Part shown: one piece after another, positions 37,251 to 47,158 of the stretch
Numbering within the stretch: the first letter of the stretch is position 1
Layout of the letters: the number at the start of each line of letters is the position of its first letter
Assembly (NCBI GenBank): GCA_001004265.1
Contig: LCQS01000017.1
Span: forward strand, 2,530-66,529
Source of the DNA: Parcubacteria group bacterium GW2011_GWA2_51_10
Lineage (GTDB): Bacteria > Patescibacteriota > Minisyncoccia > Phycocordibacterales > UBA2100
Direction of reading: 5' to 3'
Length of the DNA: 64,000 nucleotides
Program-made: the position numbers and the translations under genes
The notes under the pieces: generated by a model
The model's database searches: none
What the model was told of the DNA's origin: nothing
The model's input: only the letters and a program-made list of their open reading frames with translations

Positions 37251-38175
37251 TCATGCTGGCGCAAGCGGACACAGTGCCTTCGCATCGGCGATCATCGTTT
37301 TGGCGGTCGGGACAGGGCCCGCGCCCACGCCGAGCACCAAGATCGGATCACCCTCCTGATCGATGCGCACGGCATTGCCCGGGCCATGGTCAGGAACCCA
37401 GCGATCCATCGCCGTACCCGCCGGAATGTGGCAAAAACCGCCGCTGATACTCGTCGCTGAGCGGCTGCATCTCAATATCCTCTGGCCGAACCGTCTGACC
37501 GGACATCGCATGCAAAGAGGGCACATCATTAAGAATGATCGCCAACTTCTTGCGGATGTCGGAGAGCTCGCCCTGGAAAACATCGAGTGGACTCATCTCT
37601 TCACCGTCTGCTGGAGGTTCAGCGTACTTAAGGTGAATTGCCTCCCAGATTGCGGCTTCGACCGAGGATCCTTTCCAGATATCGCTCATCACCTTGCTCA
37701 GTGTCCCGTTCACCACAAGGTCGACGACGAACGGCACCGTTGGGTCGAGCCGCTCTTTCAGCTCCGGCAGGATGCGCGTACCGCCACCGACGGTCGCCGT
37801 ACGTCCGATCGTATCAAGATGCGGCCGCAGTACGTCGTAAAAGCTCGCGAACGCGGATTTGCCAGACGTCACGACTGCAATGCCCACGCCCGTTAGAGAC
37901 AAGATGTAGCGCGTCTCTGTGGACCCGTCACCACTACTTGGAATCGTAAGAAGCGCGAGCTTCACGCCATGTTTGAGACAGAACGGCCCGACAGTCATCA
38001 TGATTTCGGCTGCATCTCCGCGACGATCAAAAGTAACGGCCGCGCCAGCAAGTGGAATAAAAGCCCTGCTGGAAACTTGTGCCACTACATCGTAGCCCAC
38101 GCCGCGTGATTGCCGCGCTACTTCGAGTCCGACGTTTCCGGCACCGATAACGATTACTTTCAGTTTCTGCGTCAT
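37251..38175 (-). pseudogene. hom: homoserine dehydrogenase (hom), interrupted by a frameshift
   Basis: N-terminal part in the 37390..38175 frame carries KVIVIGAGNVG, ATVGGGTRILPEL and NGTLSKVM...KYAEP. The C-terminal NAVRIDQEGDPILVLGVGAGPVPTAKTMIADAKAL is in the 37251..37583 frame. Confidence 0.6.
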
Positions 38176-38274
38176 GATCACCCCTTCGTGTTGGAAGTGC
38201 CATTGAACAAAAATACTTACATAAGCCCGCGACACTATCCGATATTTCCTCAATCTGGTCAAGGTAGCCCGTAT

Positions 38275-38925
38275 TTAGGAAGTAATATGCTTAATAATCG
38301 AAAATGCGCGATCGATGTCCGAGTCTTTCAGAATAACGCTAAATTCAGTGCGCACCGAAAAGATCTCGACGACGCTGATGCCGTCTTGCGCTAGACCCTT
38401 CAAAATTGGATGGTATATCCCCGGAACGTTCAAGCTCTCCTCCGGCAGGCGCATCGTGATTGCCGAAAGCTTCTCCACTTTGGCTATTTTTGTTTTGCTC
38501 GCTAGAGGGCCGCGCGCAAGGAGAGCGATGTCTGCGCTCACGATCAACATTGATTCATCGAGGCCGCGGGAAAAATTGAAAAAAACGTCGCGATGCGACT
38601 TCGCGGCTTGCGAGAGCTTTTCAAGCGCTGCCGATACATCCGCAGAATTCGGAAAGGCAAATTTCACGAGGTTGGAACGAACAGTGATTCCCGTTATGTA
38701 TTTAAGCAGTTTCGATCCATATTGCGTCTGTCGCACTTTCTTCGAGAGACGGTGCAACGCCATTGATACGGCAGCGTTGGTAACTGGTTCGTACAATCTC
38801 TTTTCGACATCTGGTTTTATCGTGCGGGCTATTTCTGCATTATTCGCAAGGCCCTCCGCAATGATTTCAGAATAGAATGGCGAGTGCTGAATGATTTCTT
38901 CAACGACTTGGCTAACTGTTCTCAT
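38275..38925 (-). CDS. ACT-domain-containing protein (aspartokinase-regulatory-domain-like)
   Basis: 216 aa. C-terminal LNVPGIYHPILKGLAQDGISVVEIFSVRTEFSVILKDSDIDRAFSIIKH resembles ACT repeats. Confidence 0.4.
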   Translation of the reverse strand: MRTVSQVVEEIIQHSPFYSEIIAEGLANNAEIARTIKPDVEKRLYEPVTNAAVSMALHRLSKKVRQTQYGSKLLKYITGITVRSNLVKFAFPNSADVSAALEKLSQAAKSHRDVFFNFSRGLDESMLIVSADIALLARGPLASKTKIAKVEKLSAITMRLPEESLNVPGIYHPILKGLAQDGISVVEIFSVRTEFSVILKDSDIDRAFSIIKHITS

Positions 38926-39056
38926 TAGTTATAAAAATAACATTTTGTAATAAATCTGCAAGATTATCACAAAAACTGGCTTCGGCGGGCGCCCGATGGT
39001 ATGTTCGCAGCAGCAACAGATCCGCGCTTAAGCCCTAACGCGAAGGAGAGATAACC

Positions 39057-39272
39057 GTGGTTATACGTAAAGGAATATCGTGGGACCCAACTCCTAATCC
39101 GCCCGAGAGCGGTGAGAGTCGTTCTCGGCAGCCAGCACAAAATCCCGCGATGCAGGATGCAGTTAGGCGTGCATTCAGGAAGCCGGAATTTAAGTTCCAT
39201 TACAAGCCGTTCACCGAGGAAGAGATCGCACGCCTCGAATCGATCGGCAGGGAACTTTACCCCAACCGCTAG
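39057..39272 (+). CDS. small hypothetical protein
   Basis: 71 aa. GTG start 7 nt after a strong SD gaaggagag. Followed by a terminator. Confidence 0.5.
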   Translation: MVIRKGISWDPTPNPPESGESRSRQPAQNPAMQDAVRRAFRKPEFKFHYKPFTEEEIARLESIGRELYPNR

Positions 39273-39289
39273 GCACAATCGTGCACTAG

Positions 39290-39318
39290 AAAACCCCTGC
39301 TCGCGCGGGGGTTTTTTT
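39290..39318. terminator. bidirectional rho-independent terminator (after rplK and after 39057..39272)
   Basis: aaaac-ccccTgc-tcgc-gcggggg-ttttttt. Confidence 0.7.
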
Positions 39319-39736
39319 ATTCAGTCGAGATTCCCATCGATCGTGCGGTGCCGGCGATAATCCTCTTTGCCTGATCAATGTTGTTTGCGTTAAGGTCCTC
39401 CATTTTTTCTTTCGCAATATCTTCAAGCTGTTGCTTCGAGAGCTTCCCTACCTTCGTCTGCGGCTTGCCCGAGCCTTTTTCAAGGCCGGTTGCTTTCAGA
39501 ATAAGACGAGATGCAGGCGGCTTTTTGACGATAAAGTCGAAACTTCGATCACTGTAGACCTTCATGACAACAGGCAGAATGCTGCCAGCCATCGCTTTCG
39601 TTTTCGTATTGAATTGATTGACGAACTCGCCGATATTAACGCCTGCCGGACCAAGCGCCGTACCCACGGGCGGCGCGGGTGTCGCTGCCCCCGCAGGAAT
39701 CTGCAATTTGATGAGTTTTACTACTTGCTTGGCCAT
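39317..39736 (-). CDS. rplK: 50S ribosomal protein L11
   Basis: Start placed at [35 protein letters not shown], canonical L11. Confidence 0.92.
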   Translation of the reverse strand: MAKQVVKLIKLQIPAGAATPAPPVGTALGPAGVNIGEFVNQFNTKTKAMAGSILPVVMKVYSDRSFDFIVKKPPASRLILKATGLEKGSGKPQTKVGKLSKQQLEDIAKEKMEDLNANNIDQAKRIIAGTARSMGISTE

Positions 39737-39782
39737 AAAGGAGAATGGAGTATAGCGTATGACGTATAGCTGGTAAATATGA

Positions 39783-40328
39783 CTATACCCGTTGGACTTG
39801 ATCAGCTTCGAGCTCAACTGGAGTTTCGCGGCCGAACATCGGAACAAGAACCTTCACTTTCCCGCGCTCTTCGTCAATCTCGCCCACTTTTCCTTCGAGA
39901 TCCTTAAATGGCCCGTCGATGATAATGACGGCATCGTCGAGCGCAAGATCGATCGCATGCCGCACCGTCTCGCCCTCGGCGCGTTTCAGAATTTTATCAA
40001 CCTCATCTTGCGAAAGCGGCACTGCCTGATTCGCCGTTCCCACGAAGCCCGTTACTTGCGGCGTGTTACGCACAACGCTCCATGCGTCGTCCGTTGCCAC
40101 CATGTCAACGAGAACGTAGCCGGGAAATACTTTTTCGCGCACCTCGCTCTTGCGCCCACCTTTTATTTTTATTTTTTTCTCGGTCGGGACGACAACTTTG
40201 AAAATCTTGTCCTTCATCCCGAATGATTCTATGCGCTGCTTTAAGTTCCGCGCGACGGCGTCCTCATATCCCGAATAGGTATGAATCGCATACCACTGCC
40301 TTTCTGATCCGTGCGTTTGTTTACTCAT
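39783..40328 (-). CDS. nusG: transcription antitermination factor NusG
   Basis: Start placed at [22 protein letters not shown] (NGN domain). C-terminal [29 protein letters not shown]. Confidence 0.9.
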   Translation of the reverse strand: MSKQTHGSERQWYAIHTYSGYEDAVARNLKQRIESFGMKDKIFKVVVPTEKKIKIKGGRKSEVREKVFPGYVLVDMVATDDAWSVVRNTPQVTGFVGTANQAVPLSQDEVDKILKRAEGETVRHAIDLALDDAVIIIDGPFKDLEGKVGEIDEERGKVKVLVPMFGRETPVELEADQVQRV

Positions 40329-40356
40329 GGTTAGCAAAAAGTAGTTAGCGGAAAAT

Positions 40357-40665
40357 TTACTCGCTATCTCCCGCTGGAGCCGGTGCGACTCCATTTGCTC
40401 CTCCCGATATATCGAACGGAATCGAAGGGACTATTTCAATGGGCGACGTCGAGAGCGCAGGCGGCGGCGCGCTACCTTCAGGCAAAACCTCGAGTGCATT
40501 GCGCAGACCGCTCGTGAACAGATAATCGAACAGGCCGAGGTAGGCAGCCACAAGCAGGGAAAGCACTATTACAAGAATCGTATAGACGATGGTTTGAAAT
40601 CGCGTAGGCCATGCGACGTGCCGAAGTTCGCCGCGCGTGTCTTTCACATATTGGATGAGGCCCAT
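40357..40665 (-). CDS. secE: preprotein translocase subunit SecE (with C-terminal extension)
   Basis: 102 aa. Single TM TIVYTILVIVLSLLVAAYLGLFDYLF. Position upstream of nusG-rplK. Confidence 0.75.
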   Translation of the reverse strand: MGLIQYVKDTRGELRHVAWPTRFQTIVYTILVIVLSLLVAAYLGLFDYLFTSGLRNALEVLPEGSAPPPALSTSPIEIVPSIPFDISGGANGVAPAPAGDSE

Positions 40666-40667
40666 AG

Positions 40668-40696
40668 AAATAGTATGAAGTATAGGGTATGGGGTA
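40668..40696. repeat. heptamer tandem repeat (GGTATGG-like) upstream of secE
   Basis: agtatga agtatag ggtatgg ggtatgg ggtaaaa. Confidence 0.55.
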
Positions 40697-40797
40697 TGGG
40701 GTAAAATGCAAACGCCAATCTAAAAACCCCTCGCGGGGTTTCGTAAACTATACTCCCGCTTTGTGCAAAGTCAACTCCATATTAGCGAGGAGCGTAT

Positions 40798-40905
40798 GTT
40801 CTGCGGAACCTCTGGAAGCGCGCGAGGTTGGCCGGTGTGCAGCGCCGTCGCGCGCTGAAGCTAAGGACGAATTCCGCTGGAGAATTCGCCCGGGTTTCGT
40901 GGAAC
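40798..40905. repeat. structured repeat element, copy B (see copy A at 21982..22091)
   Basis: The core tctggaagcgcgcgag...cgcgcgctgaagc-aaggacgaattc-cgctgga-gaattcgccc is shared with copy A. A compensatory A-T to G-C change preserves one stem pair. Confidence 0.7.
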
Positions 40906-40924
40906 ATGCACTCCGGAGCGTCTT

Positions 40925-41746
40925 TTATTTAATTTCGTACGTCACCGTCACATTTGAGACGATTTTGTTTTCGCCGACAGGGACGTCGGGAGCTGGCGCT
41001 TTCATAGGAGCGGCAAGGGCCCGCTCGTCGCCACCCATTCCGTATGCGTAGTACGGCATGGGACCTTCACTTTCGTAGAACCCGACGACGCGCACGAGCG
41101 AGACACCGAGCGAGCGCGCCAAAACTTCCGCTTTTTCCTGCGCCTTTTTGATCGCCTTATCGCGCGCTTCCGCTTTGAGTGCATCTTCATCGTCTATTGT
41201 GAACGAGAGGCCTGAAACTTCGGACGCGCCGCGCGAACCAACACCGGAGAGAAGATCGCCGGCTTTCTTCGTGTCGCGCACTTTCACCGAAAGCGTTTGC
41301 GAGACTTGGAAGCCAGTCAAAACTTGTTTGCCCGGTGGACAAAATTCGCTTCCCGCAGGGCACACGCTTCGACTCCATTCATACTGCGGCTGAACGCTGT
41401 AGTCGGTCGTTTTAATATCCTTCTCGGGAACGCCTGCCTGCTTCAAATATGCAATGATGTCGTTCCCCTTTTTCGTCGCCACGTCTTGCGCGTCTTTTAC
41501 TTCCTTAGCGGTCTCGCGCACCGCAACGCTGAAAGTCGCTGTGTCTGGCACCGCAAAAACCTCTCCGTCGCCACTTACAGTGATCGTGTTTGTCGCAGGA
41601 ACGCCGCTTCCAATAAAACGCAGCGCCTTCAATTCGCCAACTGTAGAAACTAGGAGAAATAGCGCTAGGACGCCGAGTGCCGTCGCGGCCATCGTTCGCG
41701 GCCAATGTGTTGCCTTGATAATCTCGCGGACAGATTGTTCTTCCAT
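40925..41746 (-). CDS. SIMPL domain (DUF541) periplasmic protein
   Basis: 273 aa. N-terminal TM, then the SIMPL-like ITVSGDGEVFAVPDTATFSVAV...KAIKKAQEKAEVLA pattern. Confidence 0.65.
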   Translation of the reverse strand: MEEQSVREIIKATHWPRTMAATALGVLALFLLVSTVGELKALRFIGSGVPATNTITVSGDGEVFAVPDTATFSVAVRETAKEVKDAQDVATKKGNDIIAYLKQAGVPEKDIKTTDYSVQPQYEWSRSVCPAGSEFCPPGKQVLTGFQVSQTLSVKVRDTKKAGDLLSGVGSRGASEVSGLSFTIDDEDALKAEARDKAIKKAQEKAEVLARSLGVSLVRVVGFYESEGPMPYYAYGMGGDERALAAPMKAPAPDVPVGENKIVSNVTVTYEIK

Positions 41747-41762
41747 ATGATAATTAGCTTCT

Positions 41763-41797
41763 ACGGACTAGCTGCTAGCTTCTAGCAACTATTTCTA
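41763..41797. repeat. heptamer tandem repeat (TAGCTNC x5)
   Basis: tagcttc tacggac tagctgc tagcttc tagcaac. Confidence 0.75.
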
Positions 41798-41856
41798 ATA
41801 AATATTACAGAGCATTATACTCCTTATACTGAACGGACGATGAACTGACCACATTC

Positions 41857-42057
41857 TTACAGTCCTTCTAAAGCGCTATATGAGGATAGAAAACTCGGGA
41901 TCGCAAAAAAGAGACCGATGACTGGAAGAGCGACAGCCGCAACTGTGATGATGACGATAACCAAAATATACTTCCTCGTTTTCTCGGCCGATTCATAAAC
42001 AGCGATAATTCTTTGCTCAAGAGCAGTTAGTTTGTCTCGAAGTTCCTGATCCTCCAT
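41857..42057 (-). CDS. small membrane protein
   Basis: 66 aa. N-terminal coiled segment, then TM ILVIVIITVAAVALPVIGLFFAI. Confidence 0.45.
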   Translation of the reverse strand: MEDQELRDKLTALEQRIIAVYESAEKTRKYILVIVIITVAAVALPVIGLFFAIPSFLSSYSALEGL

Positions 42058-42090
42058 AGAATAGTTGGTTGTTAGTAGAAAGTAGTTAGT
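42057..42090. repeat. heptamer tandem repeat (TAGTTNG/TAGAAAG)
   Basis: tagttgg ttgttag tagaaag tagttag tagcatg. Confidence 0.65.
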
Positions 42091-42107
42091 AGCATGAATA
42101 ATAGCAG

Positions 42108-42539
42108 TTATCGAAGGCGATTCTTGTATAACTCTAGAAACGCCGGGAATTGCGAGTGGAGCGGCGCGGGCAGATTATTGACAGAAAACCACTCAAGCGC
42201 ATCAAATTTCTCCGGCTCACCATTCCTAACGTGAGACGGATCTATGAGAACTTTGAAATCCAGCGCGATCCAGTGCGTCGGCCGACCATCATTCGTGCGG
42301 TGCACGTCGCGATAGCCAAGAAATTCATAATCGAGAACGCGGGCGCCATACTCTTCCAAAATTTCTCTGCGCAATGTGTCCTCGATCGTGTGTCCGAATT
42401 CTAATCTTCCAGCTCCCGGATCCCACGTGCCATGTTCATCGCGGCACTTTTCACTCCGCTTGCTCAATAAAACATTGCCCTTCCCGTCATGACAGAAAAA
42501 AATAACGCTTACACCTGTGTAATCTTCTCCAACATTCAT
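42108..42539 (-). CDS. NUDIX hydrolase
   Basis: 143 aa. Nudix box GAGRLEFGHTIEDTLRREILEEYG. Confidence 0.85.
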   Translation of the reverse strand: MNVGEDYTGVSVIFFCHDGKGNVLLSKRSEKCRDEHGTWDPGAGRLEFGHTIEDTLRREILEEYGARVLDYEFLGYRDVHRTNDGRPTHWIALDFKVLIDPSHVRNGEPEKFDALEWFSVNNLPAPLHSQFPAFLELYKNRLR

Positions 42540-43237
42540 GTCGTCTCTTTGGCCGTTTCTGACTCGAAAAGCGCGCGATCTTTTTTAAAGAGCGTTTTTG
42601 CGATGTGAAAGATTGAGTACGTTATGAAATACGCTGCAACCACATCAATCGTGTAATGATAATGTCCGAGGAGTGCGGTCGTTGCGAATACTATCGAGCT
42701 TCCGATGAAGATATACCGCAGCCGCTTCTTCCTCCAAAAAAGGAGCGCGAGAAGATACGGCGCGCCCACATGACCGGAGAAAAATAGCCCGCCTCCGAAA
42801 ACCATGCGGCTCGTAACAGTCCATACCTCCACGGGCGGCGGCACGGGAAGTCCGAGATGAGTCAGCGAAATAAAAAAGGCACGAATGAGAAAATAGAGCG
42901 TGAAGCTGTGGAGCGTAAACGGGATACGTTTGGGATTCGTGATGAGAAGACTCGCCGCGAAAATGAGAAGCGCAAGCGCGCCCCATATATAAAACCAATC
43001 GACGTCGAATATCGCTATTTTATCCAATACAATGTCGCCAACAGCGTTCGTCGCTTTTTCAGTGGCATAGATCTCGGCGAAATATGCGATCGCCATGCTC
43101 GCAGCAAAAAGAATGAGCGAGAAAATCGTCGCGGATCGCGACTCCGAATGCATCCAATGATCTCGATGCCGCCGGAAAAACTCGATATGCGGCCGCGGGC
43201 GCGTGATCGGAGCTTCTACGGCTCGAATCTCATCCAT
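42536..43237 (-). CDS. PAP2-superfamily membrane phosphatase-like protein
   Basis: 233 aa, multi-TM. FSGHVGAPYL (PSGH-like) and HYHYTIDVVAAY (SRx5Hx3D-like). Confidence 0.6.
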   Translation of the reverse strand: MDEIRAVEAPITRPRPHIEFFRRHRDHWMHSESRSATIFSLILFAASMAIAYFAEIYATEKATNAVGDIVLDKIAIFDVDWFYIWGALALLIFAASLLITNPKRIPFTLHSFTLYFLIRAFFISLTHLGLPVPPPVEVWTVTSRMVFGGGLFFSGHVGAPYLLALLFWRKKRLRYIFIGSSIVFATTALLGHYHYTIDVVAAYFITYSIFHIAKTLFKKDRALFESETAKETT

Positions 43238-43260
43238 TGTGAAAAGTATATACTACCCGT

Positions 43261-43743
43261 ATGGACATAGCATTCGTGACACAACTTATCTTGCAGTATA
43301 AATACGCGCTTTTGCTACCAGCCGCCGTGATTGAGGGCCCGATCCTCACGATGATCTGTGGCCTTCTTGTCAGAACGGAATACTTGGTACTTGTCCCTAC
43401 TTTTGAGAACATCGAGCTCGTCCGCCGCATCTTCCAGCGATACGATGTCCAGATTCTCCTTTTCTCGAAGGTAACGATGGGCGTGGGATTCCCCGGAGCA
43501 ACACTGTTTACCGCCGGGCTTGCGCACGTCCCTTTTTGGCGATTCATGCAGCTTAATGCGATGGGACAAGTCGTCTGGACGGGAATGCTCATCGCGATCG
43601 GATACTTCCTCGGCAATTTCTATGTAAAGGTGAACGACATCATCGGCCTTATTTCCGCATTTGCTATTATGCTTCTCGTGCTCGTTGCATTCTGGGGCTT
43701 CGGCCGCTACGTGCGCGCGCGGCTCGTGAAAAAAATCTCATGA
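43261..43743 (+). CDS. DedA/VTT-domain-like membrane protein
   Basis: 160 aa, 3-4 TM. Conserved Gly and hydrophobic pattern reminiscent of the SNARE-associated family. Confidence 0.4.
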   Translation: MDIAFVTQLILQYKYALLLPAAVIEGPILTMICGLLVRTEYLVLVPTFENIELVRRIFQRYDVQILLFSKVTMGVGFPGATLFTAGLAHVPFWRFMQLNAMGQVVWTGMLIAIGYFLGNFYVKVNDIIGLISAFAIMLLVLVAFWGFGRYVRARLVKKIS

Positions 43744-44456
43744 TATCAATCATCATCCCCGCGCTCGAAGAAGAAAAATACATCGAAGATACCGTGCGGC
43801 AGTTCGAAAAGCTCTCATTTCCACACGAGGTCATCGTCTCCGACGGCCACAGCCACGACCGCACTGTTGAGATCTCCCGAGCATGCGCCGACAAAGTCGT
43901 CGTATTTCAGGGCGCAAGGCACAATCCTTCGATCGGCCGCAATGACGGCGCGAAAGCCGCATCGGGCGATATTTTGGTGTTTGTGGACGGGAGTGTCATC
44001 GTGCCGGATCCAGATGCTTTTTTCCGCCGGGCGCTCTCGTATTTTGAGAATGACGCTTCGTTTGTTTCCCTCTCTGTCCCGCAATGGGTCTACCCTGAAA
44101 AAGAAACGATGACGGACAAGATAATGCTCACCATCACGAACTGGGTGCTCCGCATTCAGAACAACGTTTTCAGGCGAGGTGTCGGGTCGGGAAAATTCAT
44201 GATGCTCCGCCGCAGAGCCTTCGAAAAAATCGGCGGATTCCGTGAAGACTTGGCAACGCGCGAAGATGGAGACCTTGGGCTGCGGATCTCAAAAGTTGGC
44301 CGCGCGTACTTTGATCCGAAACTTTGTATCTACTATTCGGGTCGGCGCGAGCATGCGATGGGCTGGGCGCGACTCCTGTGGATGTGGATGACAAATTCCC
44401 TCGCCGTTGCTCTGTTTGATAAATCAGTAACAGAAGAGTGGAAACCGATTCGCTAA
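43740..44456 (+). CDS. glycosyltransferase family 2
   Basis: 238 aa. ISIIIPALEEEKYIEDTV, DGHSHD, and DxD-like VFVDGSV motifs. Confidence 0.8.
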   Translation: MISIIIPALEEEKYIEDTVRQFEKLSFPHEVIVSDGHSHDRTVEISRACADKVVVFQGARHNPSIGRNDGAKAASGDILVFVDGSVIVPDPDAFFRRALSYFENDASFVSLSVPQWVYPEKETMTDKIMLTITNWVLRIQNNVFRRGVGSGKFMMLRRRAFEKIGGFREDLATREDGDLGLRISKVGRAYFDPKLCIYYSGRREHAMGWARLLWMWMTNSLAVALFDKSVTEEWKPIR

Positions 44457-44547
44457 CAGGTTTTTTTGAAAAAAAACTTGCGTGATTATATAGATTATTG
44501 TCTAATACCGCGTAGGCACTAACGCCTGAAACCCATGGAGGCGCAGA

Positions 44548-45150
44548 ATGGCGCGTCCCGTCCTTGTAATCGGGTTGTTTCTCGTAGCCCTTCAGTACAT
44601 GTTGGCCTGGCAATTCGGCTGGCTGACGACAGCGCAGATGCAAGTGCAGTTTCCTCAAGGGCCCGTGCTCCCGCTCGCGTGGCACTTCGGAATACACTCC
44701 GACTTCGTCCTGACATTCGTGCTCGCGTACATCGTCGCGAAACACGGAAGTGAATGGACAATGGAGCATTGGGCGATCGCACTCTTCGTTGCGGCGGTCG
44801 TCAGCGTAGCGCTGCATGTGTTTGTGTATGCGGCTGGGACGATACCGGAAGCGCACGTGCAGGGTGGCCGCGTGACCAGTGTCGGATGGGTACATGCGCT
44901 CTATGCGGTAGGTGCGTTTGCGATTCTGGCGTTGTTTTATATAGCCGCGACACATCCGACAAAATGGGAGCTCATCGGCATAAGTACGTACCTCGTTGTG
45001 CACGTCTGGTTGAGCTGCCATTTTATCCCAGCGCTTTTCCTCAAGGATTACACGAGGGAGGCACTAACGAGCAGCTTCGGATGGCTCGCACTCGCCGGAA
45101 CCGCCGCGCTCGTCACGCTTCTATCGTGGTGGCGCTGGCCAGCCGAGTGA
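44548..45150 (+). CDS. hypothetical integral membrane protein
   Basis: 200 aa with about 6 hydrophobic segments. Confidence 0.5.
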   Translation: MARPVLVIGLFLVALQYMLAWQFGWLTTAQMQVQFPQGPVLPLAWHFGIHSDFVLTFVLAYIVAKHGSEWTMEHWAIALFVAAVVSVALHVFVYAAGTIPEAHVQGGRVTSVGWVHALYAVGAFAILALFYIAATHPTKWELIGISTYLVVHVWLSCHFIPALFLKDYTREALTSSFGWLALAGTAALVTLLSWWRWPAE

Positions 45151-45197
45151 CAGCAACAGATGGACAAACGTCGGGACTCCGTGTGCCCGGCGTTTTT

Positions 45198-45920
45198 TTA
45201 TAACCGCGCGTCTGTGTAGCGGGCTGTGAGCGGCTTGCGGCGCGCGACGACAGAGATGTAATTCGCCATGTATGTAAAAAGCGTGCGCACAATGCCGTCT
45301 GCCAGCAGGCGTCGTGCGGATGTGAAAATAAAAAAATCATTTCGGAATAAGCAGACCCCGTGTTTTGATAGTCGCCGTCCGAGATCCGCATCCTCTCCAT
45401 AAAACGATATCGCTCGGTCGAATCCACCAATTGCGGCAATAGCGTCTCTTCGCGCAATGAAATTACCACCTAATATCAGAAACCCTGTCGTAACTGAAGT
45501 GGCAGGTAAAATTATGAACTGGACGATTTCAATAACGCGACGAAGCGCGTGTGGACCATCGTGATATTTCACGGGACCACTCAACGCGATAGCCTCGGGA
45601 CGCTTTGATATGTGGCCGAGCGCGGCCGAAAGCCAGTTTGAATGAATCAAGCAGTCTGCATCAATGTATGCAACCCATTCTGAATTTGAAGCTTCAAGCC
45701 CTGCCTGCCTTGCGTGGGTTAGGCCCTTTCTATCTTCGCGCACGACACGCACGCCACGGCCCTCATACTCTCGTGCGATAGCTCCCGTGCGATCGACAGA
45801 TGCATTGTCCACGACGATTATTTCCTTGAATCGCCCGCGTGAATGTGTGAGCGCGGCGTCAAGACACGCTCCAATGTATTTTTCCTCGTTATATGCGGGA
45901 ATAATTAAACTGATGTCCAT
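45198..45920 (-). CDS. glycosyltransferase family 2
   Basis: Start placed at MDISLIIPAYNEEKYIGACLDAAL. Also VVDNASVDRT and YIDADC (DxD). Confidence 0.8.
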   Translation of the reverse strand: MDISLIIPAYNEEKYIGACLDAALTHSRGRFKEIIVVDNASVDRTGAIAREYEGRGVRVVREDRKGLTHARQAGLEASNSEWVAYIDADCLIHSNWLSAALGHISKRPEAIALSGPVKYHDGPHALRRVIEIVQFIILPATSVTTGFLILGGNFIARRDAIAAIGGFDRAISFYGEDADLGRRLSKHGVCLFRNDFFIFTSARRLLADGIVRTLFTYMANYISVVARRKPLTARYTDARL

Positions 45921-46059
45921 AGCAGGGCGATCGCAGGGAATTGAACCCTGATCGAGAGCTCCACAAGCTCCAGTGTTAACCATTACACCACGATCGCCAT
46001 TAAACACTCCCTTTATATCAAATGTCGAAGGTTGGTGCGAGAAAAATATATCTATGAGA

Positions 46060-47151
46060 TTACAAGAGCTTCTCCACTCTCTCCACCGGCTCGGGAGTAG
46101 CGACAATGGTAAACGAAACGCGGCCGATAATGCGCCCGTCTTCGGTTCTCACGTTGACGCGCCATTTGCCCGGCGCAATGCTCTGTCTAAACGTGTACAC
46201 ACGGTATCCACCCGAGCGACCGCCCGTTATTGGAAAGCTGTAGCTGCCACTCTCGATCCATTCGCCTGCCTCCTTATCATGATATTCCCACTGATGGAAA
46301 ATTTGTGCGGAAAAATCAGCAGGAAGATACACGGCGGTGAACACATAGACACGCTCGCCGGGCGCCTTATGGAATGCTTTGTGATAGCGCAAATAGAACT
46401 CATACCATCTGCGTGGCTCCTCTTCTAAGACATACGTATCGCCCTTTTTTTGAATGCTGTGATACACGCCCGCCTCCTTCAGAGCAAGCGGGAACGGTGG
46501 AATGGCATTCGTGAAATAGAGGACATTGACGAGCAGAAAAATGGAGCCGATGACGCTAAGCACCGTACGGCGATTCTCCCGCACGAGCGCGGGAATGAAG
46601 TATTCGATGAGCCGCACATATAGCGCTATTATAAAAATGCTTAATACTCCGCCAACCACGAATGTATCCGTTTGAATTCTTGTAAGGAGAACGGGGAGAG
46701 AGAACGTTAGGAACGAAAACAGACCGAAAAAAAGAATCCCGATCTGAAACGCAAACCGGCCGTACAACTTTCGGAATCGCTCGTTGCTGATCAGCAGGAG
46801 CGCGAGTGCGACGACGAATATCCAACTGACAGCGAGCGCCGCGCTCTGACTGTAGAGAATGACAAATCCGCTAAAGAGACCGCCGAAAGCAAACTGAATC
46901 ACAACCGGCAAAAACGGTGCGGCAGCATTCCATACGCGCCCCAGAAGCGCGCCTGCGAGAATAAGATTGAGAAGTAAAATACCGCTGCCCGCGATCACCA
47001 GGTATCCGAAAAGAAAAAAAGCCGACCCGAGCAAATCCACATTGCGAACGATGAATGCATCGAGCGAGAACCCAATAATGAGGGTGACAGGAGAGACATA
47101 GCGCTCATACCACGTGAGCAATTCTTCGGTACTTTTTGGCAGATACCTCAT
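46060..47151 (-). CDS. polytopic membrane protein with C-terminal extracytoplasmic domain (glycosylation cluster)
   Basis: Start placed at MRYLPKSTEELLTWYERYVSPVTLIIGF. At least 9 TM segments, then a soluble C-terminal domain. Confidence 0.55.
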   Translation of the reverse strand: MRYLPKSTEELLTWYERYVSPVTLIIGFSLDAFIVRNVDLLGSAFFLFGYLVIAGSGILLLNLILAGALLGRVWNAAAPFLPVVIQFAFGGLFSGFVILYSQSAALAVSWIFVVALALLLISNERFRKLYGRFAFQIGILFFGLFSFLTFSLPVLLTRIQTDTFVVGGVLSIFIIALYVRLIEYFIPALVRENRRTVLSVIGSIFLLVNVLYFTNAIPPFPLALKEAGVYHSIQKKGDTYVLEEEPRRWYEFYLRYHKAFHKAPGERVYVFTAVYLPADFSAQIFHQWEYHDKEAGEWIESGSYSFPITGGRSGGYRVYTFRQSIAPGKWRVNVRTEDGRIIGRVSFTIVATPEPVERVEKLL

Positions 47152-47158
47152 GATTTTG

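Noticed and set aside
44197-45021. 274-aa minus-strand ORF.
   Set aside because: Arg/His/Cys-rich nonsense composition. It is fully antisense to the well-behaved membrane-protein ORF 44548..45150 and part of GT2 43740..44456.
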